A stretch of 64,000 nucleotides of DNA from Tetramitus jugosus (taxonomy: Eukaryota; Protista; Heterolobosea), in assembly GCA_937625935.1 (NCBI GenBank), contig OW569372.1, forward strand, positions 310,001-374,000. Direction: 5' to 3'. The translations under genes and the position numbers were made by a program. Below are positions 54,229 to 64,000 of the stretch, one piece after another. The number at the start of each line of letters is the position of its first letter. Within the stretch, counting starts at the first letter, position 1. The notes beneath the pieces are model-generated. The model saw only the letters and a list, made by a program, of their open reading frames with translations. It had not been told where the DNA came from and did not search any database.

Positions 54229-55203
54229 ATGCATTCTCCAGGAATCAAAAGTGCCATTGAGGGATGCATCAATCCATCCGTGTGTCACTCACTCAAAACG
54301 AGGGGATACGCGATTGTTGATCACGTCTTTGGAACAGAGTTGACTCAAGGCTTTCGAAGAGAGATTCAATTGTTGCACCAGAATCGAATCATGTTCTCCA
54401 ATGCAACTCATGTACACCTACCCAATGCACAACACCCTCTATTCATTGACAAGAGTCGCATTATGGAGATGGAACTCATTCCTGATATCTACTCTATTGT
54501 TCCGGACTATCTGCGTGCACTGGATGAAGATGACACCATCATGAATCAGTTGAACAAGTGCATGCATGATCATGTACAGCTCTCCCATCAGGCAATCAAG
54601 CTACAACACAATTCAGGTGGTTGTTTTCCTCTTCACTTTGACAGTGATCCCAAATTGGACCCCAGGAAGGTGTCTGCTGTGCTGTACTTGAACCCTGATT
54701 GGAAGTTGGGTGATGGAGGAGAGTTGAAGCTCTATCCGTTTCCGTTTGAACCAGTGACGATTGAACCAATCATGGACCGACTCGTGTTTTTCGCATCAAC
54801 CAACACTTTACATCGAGTATTGCCATTCAACAGAGAAAATGATCCGAACAAGGAACGTGTATGCTTGACTCTGTGGTACTCTGGCAACTATCAGCCTGGA
54901 CACTCCGCAACAGGTTCTCTGAACCTCTCAAAACCAAGAGATAACTCTGTTAAATCAGTGATTGAGTTCTTAATGCAGCCCAAATACCGCAAACATCTCG
55001 TGAAACTTGTGTATGCAGATGAATGGGCAACGAGCATATGTGAGAGTCATGAACCTTCAGAGGGCAGAGATATTCTGCTACGAAATCATTGGCAGGACGT
55101 GGAGAAAATCCGAAACTCTTTCAAGAGCTATATTCCTGTGATTCAGGAACATCTTCCAATATCATCTAATGACAGCCCGATGCTAGATCTAGATTGGATT
55201 TGA
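54229..55203 (+). CDS. 2OG-Fe(II) oxygenase, prolyl-4-hydroxylase (EGLN/PhyA-like) fold
   Basis: PLHFD (HxD), RKVSAVLYLNPDW..DGGEL, P..DRLVFF, HRVLP, RVCLTLW; start uncertain. Confidence 0.85.
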   Translation: MHSPGIKSAIEGCINPSVCHSLKTRGYAIVDHVFGTELTQGFRREIQLLHQNRIMFSNATHVHLPNAQHPLFIDKSRIMEMELIPDIYSIVPDYLRALDEDDTIMNQLNKCMHDHVQLSHQAIKLQHNSGGCFPLHFDSDPKLDPRKVSAVLYLNPDWKLGDGGELKLYPFPFEPVTIEPIMDRLVFFASTNTLHRVLPFNRENDPNKERVCLTLWYSGNYQPGHSATGSLNLSKPRDNSVKSVIEFLMQPKYRKHLVKLVYADEWATSICESHEPSEGRDILLRNHWQDVEKIRNSFKSYIPVIQEHLPISSNDSPMLDLDWI

Positions 55204-55456
55204 GGTTGACCCCAAGCACTCTTTTTGACTCCTGTCCCACCAAAGATGGGGCAAATCATCGCCTTTGATTGCTTCTAAGACCTATTTCGGGATCCTGTCC
55301 ATGCTGTGACAGCTAAAAAGATATCAGACCGTTTCACAAAAATGAGTCCTTCTTAAGGTCCGATACTTTGAATCAGATATCGAATCATCGTGTTTCTGAT
55401 ACTATCAAAAATAAAAACTAAACACCACCAGATTCAATAGTAATTACTCCACACTT

Positions 55457-56035
55457 ATGCGCAACACCTGTTCACGAATCACTGTTGAATCGCTTGATAT
55501 TGGAGAGCACATTTATGCCTTTAGTGACAATCTGGGCACAGAACATGCGATATATCTCGGGTATGGTGGCCACGTGCACTGGGTCGCACTGTGCAGAAAC
55601 CATCAAGTTATTCAAACATCGATACAACAGTTCTTGAATGGAAGAAATCTGAGAATCGCTCAATATGGTTCATCTATACTCGATTGTTTCTTAAACAAAG
55701 GAAATAGTACAGAGGAGAGCTGCGATGCGACTACAGTTATCAGGAGAGCACTGGCAGCTATGGAGGAACGAGAGTGCAATCCTTGGGTGGCTCAAGACTC
55801 TTTGGCATTTGTTAGATATTGCAAAACGGGAAGAGTACGAGCTATGAGTACCAATGATAATCAGGATCGAAAGAATAACAACTGGATGAGTACAAGGGGA
55901 AAGGGAACTGCTTGTGGCACGATGTTAGGTGCTGGAGTTGGGTTCGTCATTGCTGGACCACTCGGTGGTCTCATTGGTTCCTTGCTCGGTGCAGGTATCA
56001 CTTATCCTTCTTTTACTCTCCTGACTAGTCATTGA
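55457..56035 (+). CDS. LRAT/NC-domain-like protein with C-terminal glycine zipper
   Basis: GEHIY, HAIYLG, RRAL, QDSLAFVRYCKTG (position of NCEHF..CKTG); GAGVGFVIAGPLGGLIGSLLG. Confidence 0.7.
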   Translation: MRNTCSRITVESLDIGEHIYAFSDNLGTEHAIYLGYGGHVHWVALCRNHQVIQTSIQQFLNGRNLRIAQYGSSILDCFLNKGNSTEESCDATTVIRRALAAMEERECNPWVAQDSLAFVRYCKTGRVRAMSTNDNQDRKNNNWMSTRGKGTACGTMLGAGVGFVIAGPLGGLIGSLLGAGITYPSFTLLTSH

Positions 56036-56164
56036 ATACAAACGAGCGCCCTATCGAGCGGAGAAACCACAAAAAATGTAAAATTCAACCAATTGTTTGT
56101 CGTTCAACAAAAAAAATATTTCACAACAACAACCCAAGAGAAGAAAAAGAAACAGCACACAACA

Positions 56165-57276
56165 ATGGCCAGTGACGAACTAATTTGGCAAATCTTGGAC
56201 AAACAATTCTGTTCCTATAAAACAGAGTATGTAGCGACTACTACATGACATGTACTTTTTTTTTCACAGAGTTCCAACACTGACACATAAGCTTTTTCAT
56301 CACTCACTGAACAACACACACCACTAATACAATAATCCATGCCTATTCACACACACACAGTGCCATCAATCATCAAAATTTTTGCAAGCATCCCATGAAT
56401 GCCACTGGTTTCTGCAAGATGTCTCACTGTCCTCTTGCCAACAGTCAATATGCAACAGTTGTTGAAAAGGACGGTAAGATGTTCCTGTGCATAAAAACAC
56501 CAGAAAGAGCGCATTTACCACGTAAACTATGGGAAAAAATACCGTTGCCATACAACTTGGATGCCGCATTTGCTCAAATTGATAAAAGCTTGCGTTTTTG
56601 GGATAATAGAAAACTTAAGAGATGCAAACTCCGTTATCACCGATTGTTCCTCATGTTGAGGCGTATGAGAAAATTGAAGCAGAGAGTGTCAGCAAAGATG
56701 GTGCCAGTGAAGAAAAAGGTTGAGAGACGATTAAAGTCGAGAGAACAAAAGGCTGAGAAGATTGCCATGTTGGAACACAAAATTGAGGCCGAATTGTTGG
56801 AGAGATTGCGCAAGGGCGTCTATCCCAAGGAACTATATCAAACACAAGAAGAAACAGAGAAGGAGACTGAGGAACAAGCAGACAATGAATCGATTGATGA
56901 TGTCGTCTTTGAGGAAGATGAGAGCGAAGACGAAGAAGAGGAGGAGATTGAGTTTGATGTGGATGATTTGGCAGAGTTTGATTTCTCTGATGCCGAAGAG
57001 GACATTGAAGATATTTATAATGAACTCGAGGAGGAGTACGAAGAGCAACCATCACAAAAGCAACAACAGTCGTCCACCAAGAAGGACAAGATGAAATCTG
57101 CTGATTCTAAGAAGCGATTACGATCGAATGATGACGATAACGACGCATCATCAAAGCCTTCTTCCAAATCTGGTGCTCCATCATCTTCTTCATCCGGTGC
57201 TAAGCGCCCAAGACGCCGCAGACATTTGGAAATTGAATATGAAGATTCAGCAGACAGAGAAACTCTCAGTTCATAA
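56165..57276 (+). CDS. MAK16: Ribosome biogenesis protein MAK16, 2 exons, intron 56227-56360
   Basis: MASDELIWQIL..FCSYK|..NFC..MNATGFC..CPLANSQYATV, KTPERAHLP..LWE, ELLERL..G.Y, acidic tail, EIEYE. Confidence 0.95.
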
Positions 57277-57347
57277 ATCACTTTTGCTGCAATCACTTGC
57301 TGATGTATTTGTTGTGTTTCGTGTGTTTTACAGTTGTTGTGTCCACT

Positions 57348-58001
57348 TTATTCCCCATGTAAGAGCTGGGTGAATGTGGCTCGTGTCCACTGGATATCAT
57401 CCTCAATGATTTGCTCGGAGGGAGCCAACGCTGAACTCAGCACAGTTAGATTCAAATGAGAGTCCATCGGTTTCCGTAGTGGAGGCAACGAGAACACAAG
57501 ATCCCTGTCCAGTTCTCCAATGCTTTGAACTCTATTGCCGTGATAGTCGGGTGCATTCGCGATTTCATTCATCAATGGATCATCTTGTTGGCTGGCCAAG
57601 GTAGGTATGTTCTTTATTCCTTCTTCTTCATCATCTTCCTCCATGTACTTCGGGACTTCTCCCTTGTATTCCTCCTCTGCTTCTTCTTCTTCATCCTTCT
57701 TTCTGAGAGATAGTGACAAAAAGAATTGAGTTGGATTTCGGTTTAACAAATTACGCTTCACTATGTGATCCTAAACTCACCCCTTACCAAACACCTTTCC
57801 AAGAAGTCCGGTGCTTTTGGTTTCTTTTACTTCCCCCCATCCACTCTTCTTTAGCTCTGGTGTTTGTTCGTCTTTCTGATCAGAAAGAACTAAGTCTGTA
57901 GGAGTGCGATGCCTGTTTGCTACTCTTGTTCTAGGTCTCTGCTTAAAAGCTCCTTCTGAGAGGTTACTCTCTTCACTGGTTCCGCTGCTCAGGGTGTTCA
58001 T
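57348..58001 (-). CDS. IFT43: Intraflagellar transport protein 43, 2 exons, intron 57703-57780
   Basis: KKSGWG..GKG|KKDEE..IPTL..EIANAP..RVQSIGELD..LNLTVL..L.P...EDD..W; GTGAGT...CAG intron keeps the frame. Confidence 0.8.
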
Positions 58002-58405
58002 TTTTTCATTTGGTGAGGCTATCTGTAGACACAAAAAGGCGCCAAAGTGATCATTTTTTGATACTAAAATCGCTGACAGATTATGCTTTTGACCCTTCGT
58101 CTATCTCCTTTGGGCAAAATCTAGGCGAAACATTGTTTCTGCTCGTTATAAACTCCAAGGTCACATGTCATCCATCGTCTACATTTTACCGCAACCACCA
58201 TAACAAAATAGAGACAAGGAGCAATAGGCAGTGGAAGAGAGAAAATGGCGATCGAAGGGCCCATCTCTCCACATCTGGTGCACTTTTATTACACACGATC
58301 GTGGAGCAACGAGATCAACAACAAGCCACATTTAAAAACCAACCCAATTCTGCCATTCTCCACTCCCATATCCCACCTATACTCTAACCCAAGACCATAA
58401 TCATC

Positions 58406-60004
58406 ATGTCGAGCAGTAGTACAACACATGGCCTGTTACCTTCCCTTTCTATCTGGTTACCATCACTATCCCCTGCTTCAATGCTTCTTCCCTTGTTGTT
58501 AGTCCTTGCCTTGTATGTGATTGCTCGTGCCATCATTGGTCATATCATACAGGTATACCGATTTAGACACATACCTGGTGTGTCTCAATTTTTGCCCCTT
58601 ATGCCCTTTCGAATCCCTATGTTGGCATCCCACATGTACATGAATAACACTGGATATATACTGAATCTGTCAAGGACTCGGTTTGCGAATTGTCCCATCT
58701 TTGCTGTGACAGCCTATCACTCGACATTTGTCTTTGTGAATTCTTATGACGCTCTCAAGCATGTCAGTACCAAGAATTCTTCCAATTTTATGAAACCACA
58801 GCAGCTGTATAAAATACTTGAGATTTATGGGCCGAATATCATTTCATTAGGCGGAGGATCCATGCACCGTAGACATCGACAGATTGCTGAACCAGCATTT
58901 AGTGAGAGACACTTGAAGTTTATGGTGGACGTTGCGAATCATTGCACAGATTTGTTAGTGAAGCGGTTGAGTCACAATGGAAAAATTGAAGTTCATTCTG
59001 ATCTAACAGATGTCACAATGGATATCATAGGAAAAACTAACTTTGGTGTTGATTTAGGTGTGTTTTCATCAGAACAACAAAAACTGCAAGATAAGATACC
59101 ACCAGAGTCACCTTTTCATTTTGAGAAGGTTGACAAATTAAGTCACAAAACGTTCTATGATGCGCTCCATGTTACCAATTCATTAGGACTCGTGATTCAA
59201 CATTTTATTCCACAGAGTTTACACTGGATTCCGATATTTAATCCTGTCACATCCGCAATTGCCGATACCAAGTTGTATCTGAATGAGTTAATTGAACGGA
59301 GAAGGACTCCTAATGGTGAAGAATACTTGGATCTGTTGAGTATGCTTGTTCAGTCCAATGAGAAAGAGAGCCAAAAACTAACTTCTTTGGAAATTGTTTC
59401 AGATGCATTTATGTTCTTGTTGGCGGGTCATGAAACAACAGCAGCCTCGTTGGGGTATTTGTTCGTTGAGTTGGCCAAACATCCACACATTCAACAAAAG
59501 TGTATCCAAGAGATCGACACTGTATTACACGGAGGATCATTGACTCATGAGGACATCCACAATCTCCCTTATTGCAACAATTGCATCAAAGAATCTCTAA
59601 GATTACATCCTGTAGCAGCTGCTGTGGCAAAAGAGGTGAAGAGGGATGATTTATTGTGCGGATATGAACTTCCATCTGGTACTTTTGTCTCTATTCAATT
59701 TAATTTATTCCACAGTAATGAGCTCTATTGGAAAGAGTCAGACACTTTCAATCCAGACAGGTTTTTAGTGAAATATGACCCGTTAACCTTCTTACCGTTT
59801 GGTTATGGTGTAAGAAGGTGTGTCGGGGCCAATTTTGCTCTCATTGAATCGTTGGCAATCATGGTTCGACTGTTACAGCAAGTTTCATTTGAATTCGCTC
59901 CAGATATTGATGTTAGTAATTACCAACCAAAAGAGCAGCATATTGTGACTGTACGGATCACCAAGCAGGACTTGATTGTTGTTCCCAGATTATCAAAGAA
60001 ATAA
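58406..60004 (+). CDS. Cytochrome P450
   Basis: N-terminal TM; AGHETT, ESLR (ExxR), FNPDRF, PFGYGVRRCVG heme motif. Confidence 0.96.
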   Translation: MSSSSTTHGLLPSLSIWLPSLSPASMLLPLLLVLALYVIARAIIGHIIQVYRFRHIPGVSQFLPLMPFRIPMLASHMYMNNTGYILNLSRTRFANCPIFAVTAYHSTFVFVNSYDALKHVSTKNSSNFMKPQQLYKILEIYGPNIISLGGGSMHRRHRQIAEPAFSERHLKFMVDVANHCTDLLVKRLSHNGKIEVHSDLTDVTMDIIGKTNFGVDLGVFSSEQQKLQDKIPPESPFHFEKVDKLSHKTFYDALHVTNSLGLVIQHFIPQSLHWIPIFNPVTSAIADTKLYLNELIERRRTPNGEEYLDLLSMLVQSNEKESQKLTSLEIVSDAFMFLLAGHETTAASLGYLFVELAKHPHIQQKCIQEIDTVLHGGSLTHEDIHNLPYCNNCIKESLRLHPVAAAVAKEVKRDDLLCGYELPSGTFVSIQFNLFHSNELYWKESDTFNPDRFLVKYDPLTFLPFGYGVRRCVGANFALIESLAIMVRLLQQVSFEFAPDIDVSNYQPKEQHIVTVRITKQDLIVVPRLSKK

Positions 60005-60224
60005 ACTAGTTCACTTATGTCCTAAAACACATGTGAACTATTCAATTTGCCCCACTTGAAGTTGTTACTACGAATCTTCTCCTTCATAGTATGTCCGATG
60101 TCATTCACGTCAGTGTCCGTCCATAAGACTCGAATCAACACCACAAGCTGAAAAAAAACACAACAACAGATCAATTCACAACAACACAAAAACAAATCAT
60201 ATCAACACTACAACAACAACAAAC

Positions 60225-62018
60225 ATGAGTGACTCAACACCAACCAGAAAGACTGTTCTCGATCCAAACTTTCAACATCAATATCCATCATCATCATCCA
60301 CCACTCCAACAGAGGACTATGATGAATCATTGTTGGACAAGTCAGGCAAGGATCGATTGGCCAAATTGAAGGAATACAGAGAGAAAGGTATTTTGACAAG
60401 CAAGGATTATGACAAGAGAGTCAAGGAGTTGTTTGACAAGGTGAGCACTTCATCATCCACTGCTACTGCTGCTACTGCTTCTACTCCAACCAAATCAACT
60501 ACTGCAACAACAAGTAGCAGTGCTCCTACTCGTCAAGCGACTACACCAGCAGCAGCAACAACAACAACAACAGTAACTACTCCAACAAAACAACCAACGA
60601 CTACTACTACAACTACTCCAGTCAAGTCAACACCTGTTGTTGCTACTACTACCGCTACTGCTACTGCTACTGCTCCAGTGACTACTCAACAACAACAAAA
60701 ACAATCTGCATCATCAACATCAAGTAATGAACCACAATTGAGTCAAAAAGATAGAGAAGATTTGCAAAAGTTGGAAAAGCTTGTCCAGAGCGGTATTCTC
60801 ACACAGAGTGAATTTGATCAAAAAAAGAATCAAATTCTCACTGCTGCTGCTGCCGCTACATCTCAGAAACCAGCAGCATCAAGTGCACCAGTGACTCAAG
60901 TAGCTTCCATTGCCACCAAGCCAAAATCATCCACCGTTACAATCTCTGCAGAGAATCAACAACAGTTGGACAAGTTGCAAAAATTGGTGAATGCAGGTAT
61001 TTTGACCCAGAGTGAATTTGACCAGAAGAAGCAAATGATTTTGGCAGAGGAGGAAAACAAGGCAACAACTACTCCTGCTGTTGCTACCACCACCAGTGAG
61101 CGTAGCATTCCCATCTATGTCAACAATCAAAAGAAGGACACTAGTGCAGAAAAGGTGACTACACAACTCGTTGTTCGTGTGACCAACATTCGTGGATCTA
61201 CGACCAATCCATTTGAACTGGTGTTGAACGGTCAATCAGTCATGTACAAGAGCACAGAAGACGTTCCAGAGAACAAGGAAATTGTGGTCCGTGGTGACAT
61301 TCCACACATGTCCAACGAAGAATTGGAAATTAGCATTGATATCAAGATGATGGAGTTGGGCGTTGATGCTACACAGCACTTTAATCTATCAAAGGACGGA
61401 AGATTTATTCAAATTGGAATGACAAGCGACAACAAGTTGAGCATTAAGCAACAAACGAACGAAGTGTTTGATGCAATGTTCACAGCTCCAAAGCCTACTC
61501 CTCAACCTGTGAGAGCCTCAGGAAAAACTGACATCTTCTTAAAGTTCTATGGACTGAAGGCGTCCAGTGACCTTCCATTTGAAATCTATTACATGGATCG
61601 CTTGTTGTACTCTGCGACTGATGATATGCCACCAAGACAAATTGGTTGCGTCACAGGACAAATCCTCAAGGAGCGAAGAGTGAATGATCAATCCGAAGAT
61701 GATCACATTGTTCTCTTGAGAATCAAGTGTCCAAAGATTGGTGTTCAAGATGCTACTGCCACCATCAATTTGAGTCAAGATGGTGGTAAGTTGTATGTTG
61801 AAGTGTCTGGAGAGGATCTCATTGTGAAGCAATCTGTCTCTGATGAGGAATTCGAGACCGAGTTCAAGGTAGTTGACTTGCAATTGACCAGAAGCAAAAC
61901 AGAAGAGATTAGCGAGAAAGATTTTGAGACATTGAAGAAATTGAAGAGTCTGTTCGATGCTGGCATTCTTTCTGAAGAAGAATACCAAACCAAGAAGGAT
62001 CAGATCTTGAAGAATTAA
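60225..62018 (+). CDS. Protein with four SHOCT motifs and a tandemly duplicated beta-rich domain
   Basis: LAKLKEYREKGILTSKDY, LQKLEKLVQSGILTQSEFDQKK, LDKLQKLVNAGILTQSEFDQKK, LKKLKSLFDAGILSEEEYQTKK. Confidence 0.82.
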   Translation: MSDSTPTRKTVLDPNFQHQYPSSSSTTPTEDYDESLLDKSGKDRLAKLKEYREKGILTSKDYDKRVKELFDKVSTSSSTATAATASTPTKSTTATTSSSAPTRQATTPAAATTTTTVTTPTKQPTTTTTTTPVKSTPVVATTTATATATAPVTTQQQQKQSASSTSSNEPQLSQKDREDLQKLEKLVQSGILTQSEFDQKKNQILTAAAAATSQKPAASSAPVTQVASIATKPKSSTVTISAENQQQLDKLQKLVNAGILTQSEFDQKKQMILAEEENKATTTPAVATTTSERSIPIYVNNQKKDTSAEKVTTQLVVRVTNIRGSTTNPFELVLNGQSVMYKSTEDVPENKEIVVRGDIPHMSNEELEISIDIKMMELGVDATQHFNLSKDGRFIQIGMTSDNKLSIKQQTNEVFDAMFTAPKPTPQPVRASGKTDIFLKFYGLKASSDLPFEIYYMDRLLYSATDDMPPRQIGCVTGQILKERRVNDQSEDDHIVLLRIKCPKIGVQDATATINLSQDGGKLYVEVSGEDLIVKQSVSDEEFETEFKVVDLQLTRSKTEEISEKDFETLKKLKSLFDAGILSEEEYQTKKDQILKN

Positions 62019-62082
62019 TAATAAATGTATTGCTTAATACTTTTGACTGTTTGGTTTTCTGTTTATTGTGGAATCGCCTAGA

Positions 62083-63219
62083 TCAATAGAGAAACCGACC
62101 AGTAGCAAATGTGGGTACTTCAGTCTTCAGAGGACTGCTGGATGAACTAGAACTCAGAATCAAAGATACTAGTTTCTCGTGCTTCTGTGCCATGATGCAC
62201 AATCGATCGTAGGAGTCTTCTAGCTCTATCTTCTTAGGGACGAACAGAGGTGAATCCACGGAAGAGATTACCTCTGCTATCACATCAATCATGTTCTTAA
62301 CAATCCCTCGTCGTCTGCCGAGTTGTAAGAATTGATCATCATCGGTCAATCCTTCACGACTTAAATATTTAAGGAGTCCGTTCGCCTTTTGTACTGTTGG
62401 CGAGGTTGAGGGACTCGAACTCCCTTGACTAGCATCGTGGTCATCCTCGTCGTCAGAAAACTGAACAATCCTACATGTTGAGTTCTTCTCTCGGTATTGA
62501 ATCTTCTCCTGCAAACTGTTCTTGAAGCTCTCGCTCGTCACAATACTCTTGAAAAAGTTTTTGTTGTCTAATCGCTCTTCTCCAGAGTTATCGGTACTTC
62601 GTTGCTCACTGTACTTCCGATTGTGTCGCCGAATGCACAGACATATGACTTCGACAATGTCCTCTAATGCATTTAACAAGTCATTTTCTAGAAGAGTCAA
62701 CTTTACCATTTGCTCATTTAGTTTTGTTCTCGCTTTGAATTGAGGGTTCACTTCATCACACAGTTCCATAAACGATTCACTGTTATGATCCCATCCGATC
62801 CCATCCACACCTACAATCTCATTCCACCGATCATCCGTCTCCATCAACACCTGCTCCAAATACTGCCTTAATTTTTGTGCCATGCAACACCGAGAAACGA
62901 GCTGCTTCAACAGTTGGGAGTTCCTCTGTGCTGCACCTCTTGTCATGCTGCTCTTCTTTGGTGATGGTGTCATGGCTCTTCGATTGTTTAGCAACATGTA
63001 ATGGTGTATCGGTGAGTCTCTCCTCAGTGATGATACCGATGAAATTTGAATTGCAGGATCGCTCCCTGCTTGAGCTTGACAATGGGAGGAGGAGCACGAC
63101 AATTGAAGAGCTGTTGTTCCTCTTCGATCACCCAGAGGACTCCTATTGGTGCAGTGGATCAAGGATGCTGGATGAATGGGACTGATTGTAGACATCTTGT
63201 TGTTTGTTTTGCCCACCAC
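62083..63219 (-). CDS. Hypothetical protein
   Basis: 378-aa ORF with helical composition; no recognised domain; start uncertain. Confidence 0.6.
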   Translation of the reverse strand: MVGKTNNKMSTISPIHPASLIHCTNRSPLGDRRGTTALQLSCSSSHCQAQAGSDPAIQISSVSSLRRDSPIHHYMLLNNRRAMTPSPKKSSMTRGAAQRNSQLLKQLVSRCCMAQKLRQYLEQVLMETDDRWNEIVGVDGIGWDHNSESFMELCDEVNPQFKARTKLNEQMVKLTLLENDLLNALEDIVEVICLCIRRHNRKYSEQRSTDNSGEERLDNKNFFKSIVTSESFKNSLQEKIQYREKNSTCRIVQFSDDEDDHDASQGSSSPSTSPTVQKANGLLKYLSREGLTDDDQFLQLGRRRGIVKNMIDVIAEVISSVDSPLFVPKKIELEDSYDRLCIMAQKHEKLVSLILSSSSSSSPLKTEVPTFATGRFLY

Positions 63220-63550
63220 AAGAAGAGGATGATTGATTCGAGAGATGCAATCTCACTCAGGGTCGATCAATTTTTGTTGAGGCCTTTCACACAACCCGTT
63301 CTTTCTTGGATAACACCAAACAGAACAATGAATTACGGAACGCTTCCATCAATGTTGCGGTGTGTGATGTCTTGGGAACCATCTTGAGGTGGCGGAGTTG
63401 CCAACCATAACTACAGTTGGCACAAACACATTTATGGAAATGGACGGCCCAACTTTGATTGACAGTTGATGGTTACGAATAATGGAAGTGAAAAAAAAAG
63501 TGAAATGTTATTTGATTGCCAAGAGAGTAAACTAAGTGTAGTCATGACAT

Positions 63551-64000
63551 TTAGAGCAGATAGTACATCAATAGAGCAACCAAAACGGTCATCATCTGAA
63601 GTGATTGTGCTACTGGAGCACTGTTGTATCCCTGAATAGATGGAATAGAAATGGATCTATCAGCCAAATCTTTCTTCATACAATTGTAGTATTGTAGGAA
63701 TGTAGCACCACACTTTCTGTGAATGCAACTACTACGATCAGCAATAATAATCACAGTTTCACCATCAGTATTGACAGGTGCAATGTATGGGTTGCAGTTG
63801 GCTGTGAGACACGAGTTGAACAAGGTGTAATCTCTTGCACAATTTCTCTGGGCAAAAGTACCACAGTATCCACCTGCAGATGCGCTTCGGCAGAAGCATT
63901 TTTCATTGCCTGCACATTCGTTGGTTGCTGTTGAAGTACAAATCTTGTATGGCACAACACACTTTTGTTGACTGCTGTCACAGGAGAGACCCTTCTCACA
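63551..64000 (-). CDS. Cys-rich surface protein with GPI-anchor-like C-terminus (5' end outside the window)
   Basis: Frame open to the window edge (CEKGLSCDSSQQKCVVPYKIC...); many Cys; ends NSA..MMTVLVALLMYYLL. Confidence 0.7.
   Translation of the reverse strand, partial: CEKGLSCDSSQQKCVVPYKICTSTATNECAGNEKCFCRSASAGGYCGTFAQRNCARDYTLFNSCLTANCNPYIAPVNTDGETVIIIADRSSCIHRKCGATFLQYYNCMKKDLADRSISIPSIQGYNSAPVAQSLQMMTVLVALLMYYLL

Noticed and set aside
1-64000. CRISPR arrays, rRNA, intact transposons/retroelements, alternative genetic code
   Set aside because: No repeat-spacer arrays, rRNA or transposase/RT motifs seen; conserved genes read normally in the standard code and all three stop codons are used

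Overview
Gene-dense eukaryotic (protist) nuclear DNA with about 41 protein-coding genes on both strands. Intergenic gaps are very short (down to 6 nt between convergent stops). Spliceosomal introns are few and short (GTATGT/GTAAGT/GTGAGT/GTACGT donors, one probable GC-AG), and Asn/Gln/Thr/Ser homopolymer tracts are abundant. DUF4116 remnants, a PLS-type PPR protein and ciliary genes (IFT43, TCTEX1D2) suggest a flagellate-capable heterolobosean/Discoba-like organism; this is inference only. Recognisable genes: RasGAP (partial), PPPDE-PUL isopeptidase, SDR, two LRR proteins, intron-containing tRNA-Glu(TTC), eEF1Bgamma-type GST, NADP-IDH, GT13 GlcNAc-transferase, PLD, CLN3, PPR, KCTD-BTB, Mut7-C RNase, CSN6, UCH37, ankyrin protein, PAC3, a PH/actin adaptor, MAP2K, Tctex1D2, TPRA1, METTL2/6, RhoBTB, RhoGDI, two alpha/beta hydrolases, a PHD-like 2OG oxygenase, an LRAT-like protein, MAK16, IFT43, a P450 and a 4xSHOCT protein, plus two decayed pseudogenes. 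I found no prokaryote-style system, CRISPR array or intact mobile element. The most notable observations are: MLCK-type DFRxxL actin motifs in a PH protein; a putative Hikeshi-BAG fusion; stop codons embedded in AATAAA/TAAA; an IDH carrying a presequence, an internal Met and a PTS1; a disordered tandem-LIR protein; and a GT13 fused to an MGAT5-like C-terminal domain. All homology calls come from motif recognition, not database searches.
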